From: a bacterium
Lineage (GTDB): Bacteria > Patescibacteriota > Minisyncoccia > UBA6257 > GWB1-50-10
Reading direction: 5' to 3'
Assembly: GCA_021825465.1 (NCBI GenBank)
Contig: JAKAGX010000001.1
Span: 5,347-69,346 of the forward strand
Length of the DNA stretch: 64,000 bases
The notes beneath the pieces were generated by a model. That model saw only the letters and a program-made list of their open reading frames with translations. It did not search any database and was not told the origin of the DNA. Position numbers and translations under genes: made by a program. Below are positions 38,760 through 48,012 of the stretch, one piece after another. Numbering within the stretch: the stretch's first letter is position 1; every line of letters begins with the position of its first letter.

Positions 38760-38795
38760 TATAAAACAAATGCTCCGCGGTTAAACGCAGAGCAT
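38760..38795 (-). terminator. Intrinsic terminator candidate for the MFS/hypothetical island, abutting the start of paralog 8
   Basis: On the minus strand the stem AUGCUCUGCG-uuuaac-CGCGGAGCAU has one mismatch. It is followed by UUGUUUUAUAA and then immediately by the ATG at 38759. Confidence 0.45.
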
Positions 38796-38820
38796 CGAAA
38801 CAATCACAAACAGGAGGACG

Positions 38821-39264
38821 TCACATCTTCATGGAGCTGACAACGATGATCCCGCCGAGGATCGGATCTTCCTCTTCCTTGGATTCGAAAGAAATGATCT
38901 TCCAGTCCGATCGCAAGCTCAGATCGTCATATTCGGCATCGCCGAGTTCGGCGTGCACCGACGACCAAAACACCTTGCGAAGAATATCCGCCTTGTCCAT
39001 GAGAGCGCGGTAATCGCGGAAAACCTTCTCACACTCTTTTTCCATGCCATCGCCGCCGAAGAGGAACCGAGCGTGTTTCTGCTCATGATCCTTCTTCATC
39101 TTGCTTGCCTCTTTGGCAAGTTTGGCATGAAGAGAATAGGTCCGCTTCAAGTCGTCATTGACCTCTAGCATTACGCGACCTTCCGGGTAGGGACCTTCCG
39201 CTACCGGCTTCACGATTGTAGTATTGTCGATCTCCTTTTGGAGATCTTGGAGAAATGTGGTCAT
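38821..39264 (-). CDS. Hypothetical protein (island within array)
   Basis: The 147 aa ORF has no recognised motif. Confidence 0.45.
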   Translation of the reverse strand: MTTFLQDLQKEIDNTTIVKPVAEGPYPEGRVMLEVNDDLKRTYSLHAKLAKEASKMKKDHEQKHARFLFGGDGMEKECEKVFRDYRALMDKADILRKVFWSSVHAELGDAEYDDLSLRSDWKIISFESKEEEDPILGGIIVVSSMKM

Positions 39265-39331
39265 AAACCACCTCCTTGATTAGTGAAAAAATATGTTTAG
39301 TTACAGGACCATACTATAAGCTATTTTTACG

Positions 39332-40585
39332 TCATTTGTCAACCTCCGTCCGCCTCTTGCCGAAAAAGCGGACGTAGAGATACATATTTGCGGCCATAAC
39401 GGCGCCATACGCAAAAAACGGGATATCAAGGAGTGCTGCATCCATGAGATAGCCGGCGAGCCCCGTGCCGGCCGAGGATGCCGCAAGCCGCGCAACTTGG
39501 TTCACGCCGAGCGCGCGGCCCATTTCATCGCCATCCACCCGGCGCGTAAGTTCCGCCTGCTGGATCGGAAGCGCCATGATGCGGAGCGCCGGCCCAAAAA
39601 CGTACACGAAAACGGCAAAAGGCAGGAAACGAATGATCGGGAAAGCGACGAAGAGAGCCGTTCCGATCCCCCTGCTCCACACCATGCTTTTTACGAATCC
39701 GAGATGTTTTTCGAGAAGCGGCGCCGCGAGAATGGCAACGGACCCGACAACGCCCGAGAGAAAAGCGTATTCCGCCATTTGTGATTTTGGAATGTTATAA
39801 ACCAAAAGAAAGAACGGGATGAGGAACGGAACGATGAGGCCTTGCGAAAATCCGTTCAAAATGCCGGTCAAGGTGAATTTTCCGATGGTCGTTTTCGTCT
39901 TCAAAACGCGGAGCTTGCCCTTGGATTCCGTAACTTCGATGAACGGCAATGCAACGACACCCAATGCCGCGACAACGGTCGCAATGAGAAAAATATCTTG
40001 GACCGAGAAAACTTTCGCAAAGAGCGCGCCGACGGCCGCCACGATGCCCGAGAGGAAGGTAAAGAAGGAAAAGTATTTCGTCCGTTTTTCGCTCGGCGTG
40101 AGTTCCGTGATGACGGTGTTTTGGATCGGTTGGACCGCACCGCCGATGCCGCCGCCGGCCAAGGATCCCGTCGCGGAATACCCCCCCACCATCGCTGCAA
40201 GGAATACCACCCACAAACTCGATGAAAAATATACCAAGGCGGAGCTCACCGGCAGGAGGGCGCTTGCGATGAAAAGTGTCCCCCGCTTCCCCCACACGTC
40301 GGTCGTGATGCCGGCAAGGAAGCTCAAGACTGCCGTCGCGATCGTCGCCGCGACGTAAATAAGGCCGATCATCCCGGCGCTTTGATGAAGGTCGACCAAC
40401 ACGTAGTACGGAAATGCAATATTGATCATCCCGGCCGCAATGCTCCGGGTGATCCTTGAAACCATAATAAGGTAAATGCCTTTTTTCTTGGGCCTTAGTT
40501 CAGTTTCCACAGTAAGAACGATTATACCATACCGAGCGGAGTCGGGTGGTATAATAAGAATGATGAAAAGCCGCGAGAATGCCAT
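39332..40585 (-). CDS. MFS transporter
   Basis: It has about 12 TM and the MFS loop motif 'TDVWGKRG'. Confidence 0.7.
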   Translation of the reverse strand: MAFSRLFIILIIPPDSARYGIIVLTVETELRPKKKGIYLIMVSRITRSIAAGMINIAFPYYVLVDLHQSAGMIGLIYVAATIATAVLSFLAGITTDVWGKRGTLFIASALLPVSSALVYFSSSLWVVFLAAMVGGYSATGSLAGGGIGGAVQPIQNTVITELTPSEKRTKYFSFFTFLSGIVAAVGALFAKVFSVQDIFLIATVVAALGVVALPFIEVTESKGKLRVLKTKTTIGKFTLTGILNGFSQGLIVPFLIPFFLLVYNIPKSQMAEYAFLSGVVGSVAILAAPLLEKHLGFVKSMVWSRGIGTALFVAFPIIRFLPFAVFVYVFGPALRIMALPIQQAELTRRVDGDEMGRALGVNQVARLAASSAGTGLAGYLMDAALLDIPFFAYGAVMAANMYLYVRFFGKRRTEVDK

Positions 40586-40778
40586 TTACGACACCGCCAA
40601 ACTCGCCAAATTCTTCGGCGTGACCGAACGAACCGTTCTCGAATGGTGCCGGAGAGGAAAGCTTCCGGCTTTCAAGATCGGCAAACAATGGAGGGTGCGG
40701 GTTATCGATCTCCAAAAAATGATCGATCGCAAGGTGACGACCCGGCGAGATTCGCGCTATACCACTTCGCTGTTGTAG
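40560..40778 (+). CDS. Excisionase-family/MerR-like helix-turn-helix DNA-binding protein (small)
   Basis: The sequence 'IYDTAKLAKFFGVTERTVLEWCRRGKLPAFKIGKQWRVRVIDLQKMI' fits the excisionase-type HTH pattern. It is the only plus-strand ORF there. It overlaps the MFS 3' end and the start of paralog 9, so it is uncertain. Confidence 0.4.
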   Translation: MMKSRENAIYDTAKLAKFFGVTERTVLEWCRRGKLPAFKIGKQWRVRVIDLQKMIDRKVTTRRDSRYTTSLL

Positions 40779-42448
40779 CACTGTTCACAGTACACGATCT
40801 CGGGTCTCTCCGGAGAAAAGCTCGTCTCGAATTCATTGGGACACTTCCCCGAATGGCCGTGGTTCGGCCTGTCGCACATGCACGAACGATGCCAGAGCTT
40901 TACGGGATTTTTGAGCCTCAAACGATCCTTAAGCCGGCAGAAAAAACATTTCCGAGGAACCGGGATGCCGTTCCGCTTGTAGAATGCGAGTTCCTCGGCG
41001 AGGATCTTGTAATTCCTGCTGCATTCGGCGCAGGCAAGGATCTCATTCACGATCGAGTCCGGAACACCGGCGATCGCGTCGGGGATCTCCCGCATCGTTT
41101 CTTTCCCCGTCGTGAACTGAAGCTTGTCCTGCCACCGGTACCCCTCCGCGAGCGCTTCTTCTTTCATAAGCGGATAGCTATCTTCTGCCAGCGTTTCGTT
41201 GTATCCGAATGTCGAGAGCGATGCCGGAAAAAATTCCCCCCATTCCCCCTTCCTTTTCATATCCTCGACGATTTCCGTCTTGATTTTTTCATATTCCTCC
41301 CTCGAATATTGCTTGTTTAGGATGCAATACTTGGCACTTTTGAGCCCCACGCACCCGAAGAGTTCTTCCGACGATTGGCAGCTGTCGGAGTACCAGACAT
41401 TCCGATCCTTGTGGCAATACGAAGTGAAATGCGTATTATACGAGTTGTCCGGATTGATCCCTTCATAGCACAGTTCCTGCTCGCCGCCGCTTGCACAATC
41501 ATAGCTGTCTTTGATGGTGTCGCCGTTCTCGAAGAACTTCGAATCTTCAACGCGGACGGCATTCCAAGAATTCTTGGCGTTTTTGGAATTCACGAGATAG
41601 TTGCCGGTGCAGTTGACCGAGTTCATAAAATTCGCCGGACGGCGCGGAAATCCCAGAATAAAATCGAAGAATTCCTTCTTGGCCCGCTCCGATCCGCTCC
41701 ACGTATCGAGCTGGTACTCCCCGAGGATTTTCTCATATTCTTCCTTCGAATATTGCTGATTTTTCACACAGTACTTTTTATGACGGAGGCCGATCGACAT
41801 GAAACAGCTAGTGCAATCCTTGCAATCGTAGCAGAACGCGCAATCGATGAGCGATTCGGAATTGAAAACGAACCGGCACGAATTACTGTCCCCCACGTAG
41901 ATCGATTCGTAGATATTCCGCGCATTCGAAAAGACCGTCATCACGTCCACCATATCCTTCGCGTTCACCATATGGTAGCAGTAGAGGCAGTTTTCCACCT
42001 TCCATGAGTTCATGGTGAGATAGCAGTTTTTGCCGAGGGCGAAATAGTTCGTATATTCGCACCCGACGCTCGCGATGTTGTTGTCGTTCAGGATCGCGAG
42101 AGCCGGCACGGCATCGAGAAGCTTCCGATATTGTTCGAAAAACGGCCGTGAAGGATCATACTCACGCCCGTACTGCCCGGGGTCCCAGCCGTCGCCCCAC
42201 CAGCACTTGTTGCAATAGATCGGAACGGGTTTCTCCGGCGAGTAGATGGAGATGATCTTCCGGCCGCAGAGCCCGCATTCGCGGTTGTAGAAATTGTAGT
42301 CGTTCCGCCACGCGAGCCGCCGCTGTCGCCGGCAGTCAGGACAAAAAGTCGGCGCCGGCACCCCGATGCGGTTGTAAAAAGAAAAGTCGTCGGGTTCGAC
42401 GATGAAATCCCGATGACAATTTTGACAAACCTTCTTTTCGGAAAGCAT
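40757..42448 (-). CDS. Cys-rich zinc-ribbon repeat protein, array paralog 9
   Basis: The 563 aa ORF has the same architecture. It shares the 'gtaaaataaacATG' leader with paralog 1. Confidence 0.85.
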   Translation of the reverse strand: MLSEKKVCQNCHRDFIVEPDDFSFYNRIGVPAPTFCPDCRRQRRLAWRNDYNFYNRECGLCGRKIISIYSPEKPVPIYCNKCWWGDGWDPGQYGREYDPSRPFFEQYRKLLDAVPALAILNDNNIASVGCEYTNYFALGKNCYLTMNSWKVENCLYCYHMVNAKDMVDVMTVFSNARNIYESIYVGDSNSCRFVFNSESLIDCAFCYDCKDCTSCFMSIGLRHKKYCVKNQQYSKEEYEKILGEYQLDTWSGSERAKKEFFDFILGFPRRPANFMNSVNCTGNYLVNSKNAKNSWNAVRVEDSKFFENGDTIKDSYDCASGGEQELCYEGINPDNSYNTHFTSYCHKDRNVWYSDSCQSSEELFGCVGLKSAKYCILNKQYSREEYEKIKTEIVEDMKRKGEWGEFFPASLSTFGYNETLAEDSYPLMKEEALAEGYRWQDKLQFTTGKETMREIPDAIAGVPDSIVNEILACAECSRNYKILAEELAFYKRNGIPVPRKCFFCRLKDRLRLKNPVKLWHRSCMCDRPNHGHSGKCPNEFETSFSPERPEIVYCEQCYNSEVV

Positions 42449-42541
42449 ATGTTTATTTTACCCTAAATCACGATCCAAAACGAAAAGACGTTGAATTATT
42501 TTAATTTATCGATCGATCATCATTATGTCGAGTTATCCCCA

Positions 42542-42589
42542 AAATTTCGGTCCCCGAGGGGTTTTAAAGGAGAGAGGGAGCCGAAATTT
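42542..42589. promoter_or_regulatory. Imperfect inverted repeat in divergent intergenic region (possible operator)
   Basis: aaatttcggtcccc ... gggagccgaaattt has 12 of 14 bases complementary around a 20 nt spacer. A 10 bp perfect palindrome, atcgatcgat, lies at 42508-42517. The region is between the paralog 9 start and the plus gene at 42689. Confidence 0.35.
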
Positions 42590-42688
42590 GAAGTGCTACA
42601 TTTCCAACGATCGTATTTTTTGTGGCACTGAGATTGAGGGCTCATACCAGTAATTGAAAAATATCCAAAAGAGAAGGAAAATAATGGC

Positions 42689-43921
42689 ATGAACCCGGAA
42701 CGGATAACCCAGCCTATAGAAACCGAGAATAGGGAGGAACGAGAAAGAGAACTCGCCAAGCGGCTGACTGCCCTTGAGGTCCATTTTGCGAACGTACGGT
42801 ACCAGGATCAAGTTACCGAAAGAGAAAGGATCTATTCCGATTTCAGTGATTCACTTAATAAAAACACTCCCATCATAAGAAGGATGCTTAATAGATATTC
42901 CAATACCGTCCATGGAGATAAGGAGGAGAACCAGAAATTGAAATCATTCGCAACTTTTTTCCTCCACGAAGTTGATAGGATATATCAAGAAACGCCGAAT
43001 CGGGAACGGAGGGAGGAACTGATCACTCAGTATGTCTTCGATGCTTACGCCAATTTAAAAAAAGAAGAACCGAGCAAAATCGAAAGAATGATAGAAAAAG
43101 ACACAACCATCGGAGTTATAAAAGTGGAGCCCGGAACACACGAAAACCGCCGTATGGCGGAAGCGGGATTCGGCCCGGAGGAGGAATTCCTACCGATCCA
43201 CTTCCCCGCCTTCTACGAGAGCGGGCCGGAAAAATCGCTGCTTACAGAAATCAATGCGTCATTCACCCAACTTGCCGAAATAGTCCCACAAAAATATCCC
43301 GAAGCACGGGGAATCATCGGCGAATCGTGGCTCCTTTCCCTTCCCGCCGCAGAACGACTCGGATTCAAAAAGGTCATGACGCTCGAAAACCGGTTCGACG
43401 GCGACAGCCTCTGGTCCCAATTCATCGATCAAAACGGAAACATCAGCAAAAGCCGGTTCGATGAGTTCATGAGAACGGGCAAGCCGCCATATGCCGTGAC
43501 GCTCAGCTACATTCCCATCGAAGAATTCTTGAGCAAATACCTTCCGTCGGAGAAAAAAGGAGAGATACTGCTGAAGGAAATAGACCCGGAATGGAAAAAA
43601 GAAGACGCCCGAGAACTGGAAAAATACACGGACGAAGCTCACCGGCTAAGAAGCGACTGGGGAAACTTCGTTGAAGACAAGAATCTTTCTGTGGAAGAAT
43701 TCATGAAAACCTACCCCGCCATCGTGAGCATCATGACCAAAGCAGGTTGCTATGACGACCTCCTGAAGGTTCTCTCCGAGGCAAAAAACAGAAAACACAA
43801 TCTCCAAGAAATGGTGAAAATAATGCCTGCGGAAAGCGAAAGAATCGAGAGAGCGTACACGGAATACGTAAAGAATCTAAAAAGCAGAAAATACCGGGAC
43901 CGTAAGGTTTTTATAAAATAG
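42689..43921 (+). CDS. Hypothetical protein (plus-strand gene inside array region)
   Basis: The 410 aa ORF is charged and helical with no recognised motif. Confidence 0.5.
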   Translation: MNPERITQPIETENREERERELAKRLTALEVHFANVRYQDQVTERERIYSDFSDSLNKNTPIIRRMLNRYSNTVHGDKEENQKLKSFATFFLHEVDRIYQETPNRERREELITQYVFDAYANLKKEEPSKIERMIEKDTTIGVIKVEPGTHENRRMAEAGFGPEEEFLPIHFPAFYESGPEKSLLTEINASFTQLAEIVPQKYPEARGIIGESWLLSLPAAERLGFKKVMTLENRFDGDSLWSQFIDQNGNISKSRFDEFMRTGKPPYAVTLSYIPIEEFLSKYLPSEKKGEILLKEIDPEWKKEDARELEKYTDEAHRLRSDWGNFVEDKNLSVEEFMKTYPAIVSIMTKAGCYDDLLKVLSEAKNRKHNLQEMVKIMPAESERIERAYTEYVKNLKSRKYRDRKVFIK

Positions 43922-44549
43922 TCTTCAGCTCCGACAGACTATTTACCGTTTTCCAAGCAGTCTTTTCGAGTTCCTCCGAATCAGGTGATTTAAGAGCAAT
44001 GCCCCGCATTGTTTCAAAAAGACTTATATCATTCACGCTGTCGCCCACAGCAATACACTCCTCAGGTCTCAAATCCCGCTCATCGCAGAATTTCTCGAAC
44101 TGTTCCAGCTTCTTGACAGCTTGGTTTTTGAAATATTCGAAGTCAACCAACTTTCCATCTTTATCCCAAACGAGCGTAGCATTTGCGAAATAGCAATCAA
44201 TACCCAACTTCCTCGCCACGATCTCCGCAAAGAGGTCCGTGGAGCCAGTGATGAGACACGGCACAATCTTTCTCTCCTCCAAGCAACCGATGATTTCCTT
44301 CGCACCATCCGCAAGAGGAATATCGTCGTATAAAGATGTAAAGAATTCTTTATTATCCTTTTCTGTCCTTGCCCACATATCGAGCAGTTTGTGCTTTGAA
44401 TCTTCATAATCATCGCCGTCCCCATCCAGCATGTCGCGGTAAAACTGGCGGTGATCATCAACAGACGCGCCCATGGCCTCTGTGATCGCGATCCACGAAT
44501 TCCCCTTCACGAGCGTCCCGTCAATGTCAAAGATAACCGCTTTTATCAT
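43911..44549 (-). CDS. HAD-family hydrolase (phosphoserine-phosphatase-like)
   Basis: It has HAD motif I 'VIFDIDGTL' and motif IV 'AVGDSVNDISL'. The start was moved to the internal Met. It forms an ATGA overlap with the stop of paralog 10. Confidence 0.7.
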   Translation of the reverse strand: MIKAVIFDIDGTLVKGNSWIAITEAMGASVDDHRQFYRDMLDGDGDDYEDSKHKLLDMWARTEKDNKEFFTSLYDDIPLADGAKEIIGCLEERKIVPCLITGSTDLFAEIVARKLGIDCYFANATLVWDKDGKLVDFEYFKNQAVKKLEQFEKFCDERDLRPEECIAVGDSVNDISLFETMRGIALKSPDSEELEKTAWKTVNSLSELKTIL

Positions 44550-46246
44550 AAAACAATAGATTGATAGCACTTGTTGCAATAAACGATCGAGGCCTCCTTC
44601 TCGGGATACCGCGAAACGAACTGGATGCCGCACTTCGAGCAGGTGCGCGGATGCCGAGCCATATTTCCGAGCCACAGTTTGAATTTCTCATTGACGCGGC
44701 AGAAGGGACATTCACGGGGCAGCGGCAGGTCCATGTGGCGCAGGAACGAGAGTTCCGCAGGAATCAGTTTGAATCCCCGTCCGCATTTCGAGCAACCGAT
44801 AACCTCATTCAAAATACCATCCTTCGCATCCCGGATGTGGTCAGGCAGATCGGCGGCCGGAATCGTCGTTTGAAATTCACTCTTCGGCAGATTGCGCCAC
44901 TCATACCCCCTTTCTGCGGCTTTTTCTCTCGAGAGCGGGACAAAACAGTTGGCATCCGATTCGTTGTAGGCGTTCGGCGAAAGCTCGACGGGAAAAAACT
45001 CGCCATACCGGTATTCCCGCCCCTTCTTGTCCCGGTAAACATTCGCGTCCATATCCTTTTTGATCCGCTCGGCCAGTTTTTTATACTCTTCCTTCGGATA
45101 TTTCTTGTTCAAGATGCAATACTCCGCCTTCTTCATCCCGGCACAGCCGAAACAATGGGAACTCGAGGTAAGCGTTTTGCAGTATTCCAAATCTTCTCCC
45201 TTCATAACCTCCTGGCTGAATCTGATGTTCGAACTTTGATTGCCGACAACCGAAGCGTCATACGAAAGAGAAAGGTTTTCTCCCCAATAGGTTATGTCGT
45301 AGCTGTCCGCTATGCCGTCGGATACCATGCTCACGTACCGGCAGTTCTCGCCGTCATTCACCTGGAACGAATCTTTGACGTTCTTGGAATCATAAATGTG
45401 CGCTCCCCAGCAATCGACGTTCCGGTCGCCGAATTCCGCTTTCGGAATCTGCGTCGCCCAAAACGCTTCGGCTTCATGGAGCGCTCTTTGGTATCCCTCG
45501 TACGACCCCAGATCGTATTTCGCGATCTCTTTTTGATATTCTTCTTTCGAGTATTGCTTGTTCTTGATGCAATATTTCTTGTTCTTGACGCTCGCACACA
45601 TACGGCAATCCTGGCAATTCGAAGCATCTTTCATGAAAGCGCAGTTCAAGAGTTCCACGGCGTAGTTCCGGAGGCCGATCCCGCGATTGCATCTCCATGC
45701 ATGCATCGAATCATAGAGCCATTCCGAATTGAGGCAGAGAGTGCAATCCCAAACGGATTTATCATGTTCCACATAAAACCCGTATGCGGAGTCCTCGACG
45801 TAATTCGCCTGGTAGAGAAGATAGCAATTTTTGAGATTCGCGGCATTGCTCGTATAGGGGGAATCCTTCGATGTCTGGATGTCGACGGATAACCCCAAAA
45901 GCGGCACTTTGTGCATCAAGTCGTCGAACTGTTCAAGAAACGGCCGAGAAGGATCATATTCCCTCCCCTCCGCATACTGGTCCCATCCGTCACCCCACCA
46001 GCATTCGGGACAATAAACAACATAGGGCGCATCGGGCGCATACACCGAGATCACGTTTTTCTTGCAAAGATCGCACCTCCGTTTGAAGAGATTGAAGGTA
46101 TTGAACCATGCGAGCCGCCTTTCGAGCCGACACTCGGGGCAAAAGGTCGGCGGCGGGACTTGGATTCGCTCATAGAACGAGAAATCCTCGGGTTCGATGG
46201 TGAACTCCTTTTTGCAGTTTTGGCAGGTTTTGATTTCAGTATTCAT
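44546..46246 (-). CDS. Cys-rich zinc-ribbon repeat protein, array paralog 10 (C-terminal variant subfamily)
   Basis: The 566 aa ORF has the canonical N-terminus. Its C-terminus differs, 'CPFCRVNEKFKLW ... CSKCGIQF ... YCNKCYQSIVL', and is shared with paralog 13. Confidence 0.85.
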   Translation of the reverse strand: MNTEIKTCQNCKKEFTIEPEDFSFYERIQVPPPTFCPECRLERRLAWFNTFNLFKRRCDLCKKNVISVYAPDAPYVVYCPECWWGDGWDQYAEGREYDPSRPFLEQFDDLMHKVPLLGLSVDIQTSKDSPYTSNAANLKNCYLLYQANYVEDSAYGFYVEHDKSVWDCTLCLNSEWLYDSMHAWRCNRGIGLRNYAVELLNCAFMKDASNCQDCRMCASVKNKKYCIKNKQYSKEEYQKEIAKYDLGSYEGYQRALHEAEAFWATQIPKAEFGDRNVDCWGAHIYDSKNVKDSFQVNDGENCRYVSMVSDGIADSYDITYWGENLSLSYDASVVGNQSSNIRFSQEVMKGEDLEYCKTLTSSSHCFGCAGMKKAEYCILNKKYPKEEYKKLAERIKKDMDANVYRDKKGREYRYGEFFPVELSPNAYNESDANCFVPLSREKAAERGYEWRNLPKSEFQTTIPAADLPDHIRDAKDGILNEVIGCSKCGRGFKLIPAELSFLRHMDLPLPRECPFCRVNEKFKLWLGNMARHPRTCSKCGIQFVSRYPEKEASIVYCNKCYQSIVL

Positions 46247-47988
46247 GCCACTTCGCTGTTATAGCACTGTTCGCAGTACACGATCTCGGGGCGATCCGGC
46301 GCATACGAGGTTTCGAATTCATTCGAACATCTCCCCTCCGGATGATGCGTATGTTCTCCGGAATTTTTATATATCTTGTAATCACACATGCACTGTCGCG
46401 CATAGAGCTGGACCTTGTTCCTTTGCGATATTCGAGCCGCATGACGGCAGTCCACGCATGTCCTCGGCAACGGGATCCCTTCGGCGCGCAGAAAGTCGAG
46501 TTCCGGACGGATGATCCGGTAGGCGCGCTTGCACCTCTCGCATGAAATGATCTTCGAAAGAATATCATCTTGAACGTCGCGGATGGAATCGGGAAGCTCG
46601 GACGCATTCATACTCGTTTCGTATTCCTTGCTTTCCGGATCATCCCACGCGTATCCTTTCGCGAGCGCTTCTTCTTTGGTAAGCGGAAAGTGATCAAATA
46701 CTAACGAGGAGTTGTAGCCGAAGGGGGCGTGCTCGATCGGGAAGAATTCGCCGTAGCGATAGATAATTCCCTCCGTATTTACATAGGGATCCTCGTCCAT
46801 GTGTTTTCTGATCTTCTGAACCAATGCCTCATACTCCTCCTTTGGATACTGCTTGTTCAGGATGCAGTATTGTTTATTCCTCAAGCCCACGCATCCGAAG
46901 CAGTTCGAGGAATTTTTCATGAACATGCAATATTCAAGATCCGAATTTTCCGGCCAACACTCCACGCAAAATTTAAGGCGGGAAATATCCCCTCCGCAGA
47001 TCGATGTTTCGTAACAAAGATCCGTGTTCTTTCCCCAAATCGAAACATCCATAGAATCTTTGGTGGACGGCTCGTTTAGATCTTGGCAATGACGGAGATC
47101 TTCCCCTCCCCGTATGAGGTAACCGCGGTAAACATTTTTGGAATTGGAGATGTATTCACCGAGAACATTCGCATTGTTCGTCCCGGTCATATATCGTACG
47201 GGAGAACCAAGCCAGAATTTTTTGACTCTATTCTTCATCTCCGACACCGAAGTCCATTTATCCAAGCGGAGCCGATCGATTCTCTTCTGATACTCTTTTT
47301 TGGACAATTTCTCGTTAAAGAAGCAATAGCTTTGATTCCTTAAATTGACACACCCGAAGCAATTGATGCATCCCCGGCAGTTCCGGGAGAACCAAACGCC
47401 GGTGCAATCCTCGCACTGGGAGGAAAAATGGGTCTGATGGCAAGACGTATGCCAGAAGGATTCATAGCACCGCTCGCATTTTTTCACGTGGGAGCTTTCA
47501 AAACAGTCCCTCGAGAAATCCACTTGGTTGCCATAGGCGCAGTTTTCCGCTCCCGAACAGTTGAAGACCAGGTAGCAATCCTTCGACCAGCCGATATTCG
47601 CGGTAAAATCCGAGCGCACATTCGACTCCGTAGATCGTGGTACCCGCGGCACGGCCTGCGCAAGTTCATATATCTGTTCAAAAAAGGTCTTATGTTCGTC
47701 GATATCTCTGCCATACTGGAGAGCGTCCCAGTCATCTTCACGCCATTCATCTTCGTCATACAGGGTTACTTTAGACCCTTTAGAGTAGAGAGCGAGGATC
47801 CGCTTGCCTGATTTAACGCTCGTATTCCAAAAAATCTTCCGCTCGTTGCGATACGCAAGCCGCCGCTGGAATCGACACAGCGGGCACCATGTCGGCGGCG
47901 GGACTTGGATTCGCTCATAGAACGAGAAATCCTCCGGTTCGATGGCAAATTCCTCATGGCAATTCTGGCAGGTATGGGTTTCAGACAT
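46243..47988 (-). CDS. Cys-rich zinc-ribbon repeat protein, array paralog 11
   Basis: The 581 aa ORF has the canonical ends. It has an ATGA overlap with paralog 10. Confidence 0.85.
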   Translation of the reverse strand: MSETHTCQNCHEEFAIEPEDFSFYERIQVPPPTWCPLCRFQRRLAYRNERKIFWNTSVKSGKRILALYSKGSKVTLYDEDEWREDDWDALQYGRDIDEHKTFFEQIYELAQAVPRVPRSTESNVRSDFTANIGWSKDCYLVFNCSGAENCAYGNQVDFSRDCFESSHVKKCERCYESFWHTSCHQTHFSSQCEDCTGVWFSRNCRGCINCFGCVNLRNQSYCFFNEKLSKKEYQKRIDRLRLDKWTSVSEMKNRVKKFWLGSPVRYMTGTNNANVLGEYISNSKNVYRGYLIRGGEDLRHCQDLNEPSTKDSMDVSIWGKNTDLCYETSICGGDISRLKFCVECWPENSDLEYCMFMKNSSNCFGCVGLRNKQYCILNKQYPKEEYEALVQKIRKHMDEDPYVNTEGIIYRYGEFFPIEHAPFGYNSSLVFDHFPLTKEEALAKGYAWDDPESKEYETSMNASELPDSIRDVQDDILSKIISCERCKRAYRIIRPELDFLRAEGIPLPRTCVDCRHAARISQRNKVQLYARQCMCDYKIYKNSGEHTHHPEGRCSNEFETSYAPDRPEIVYCEQCYNSEVA

Positions 47989-48012
47989 ACTAAATACTAT
48001 ATACCAAATACT

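Noticed and set aside
40476-40559. The 5' part of track ORF 40476..40778.
   Set aside because: It is hydrophobic and low-complexity and is antisense to the MFS C-terminus. Only the HTH-encoding 3' part from the internal Met is plausible, and that is itself uncertain.
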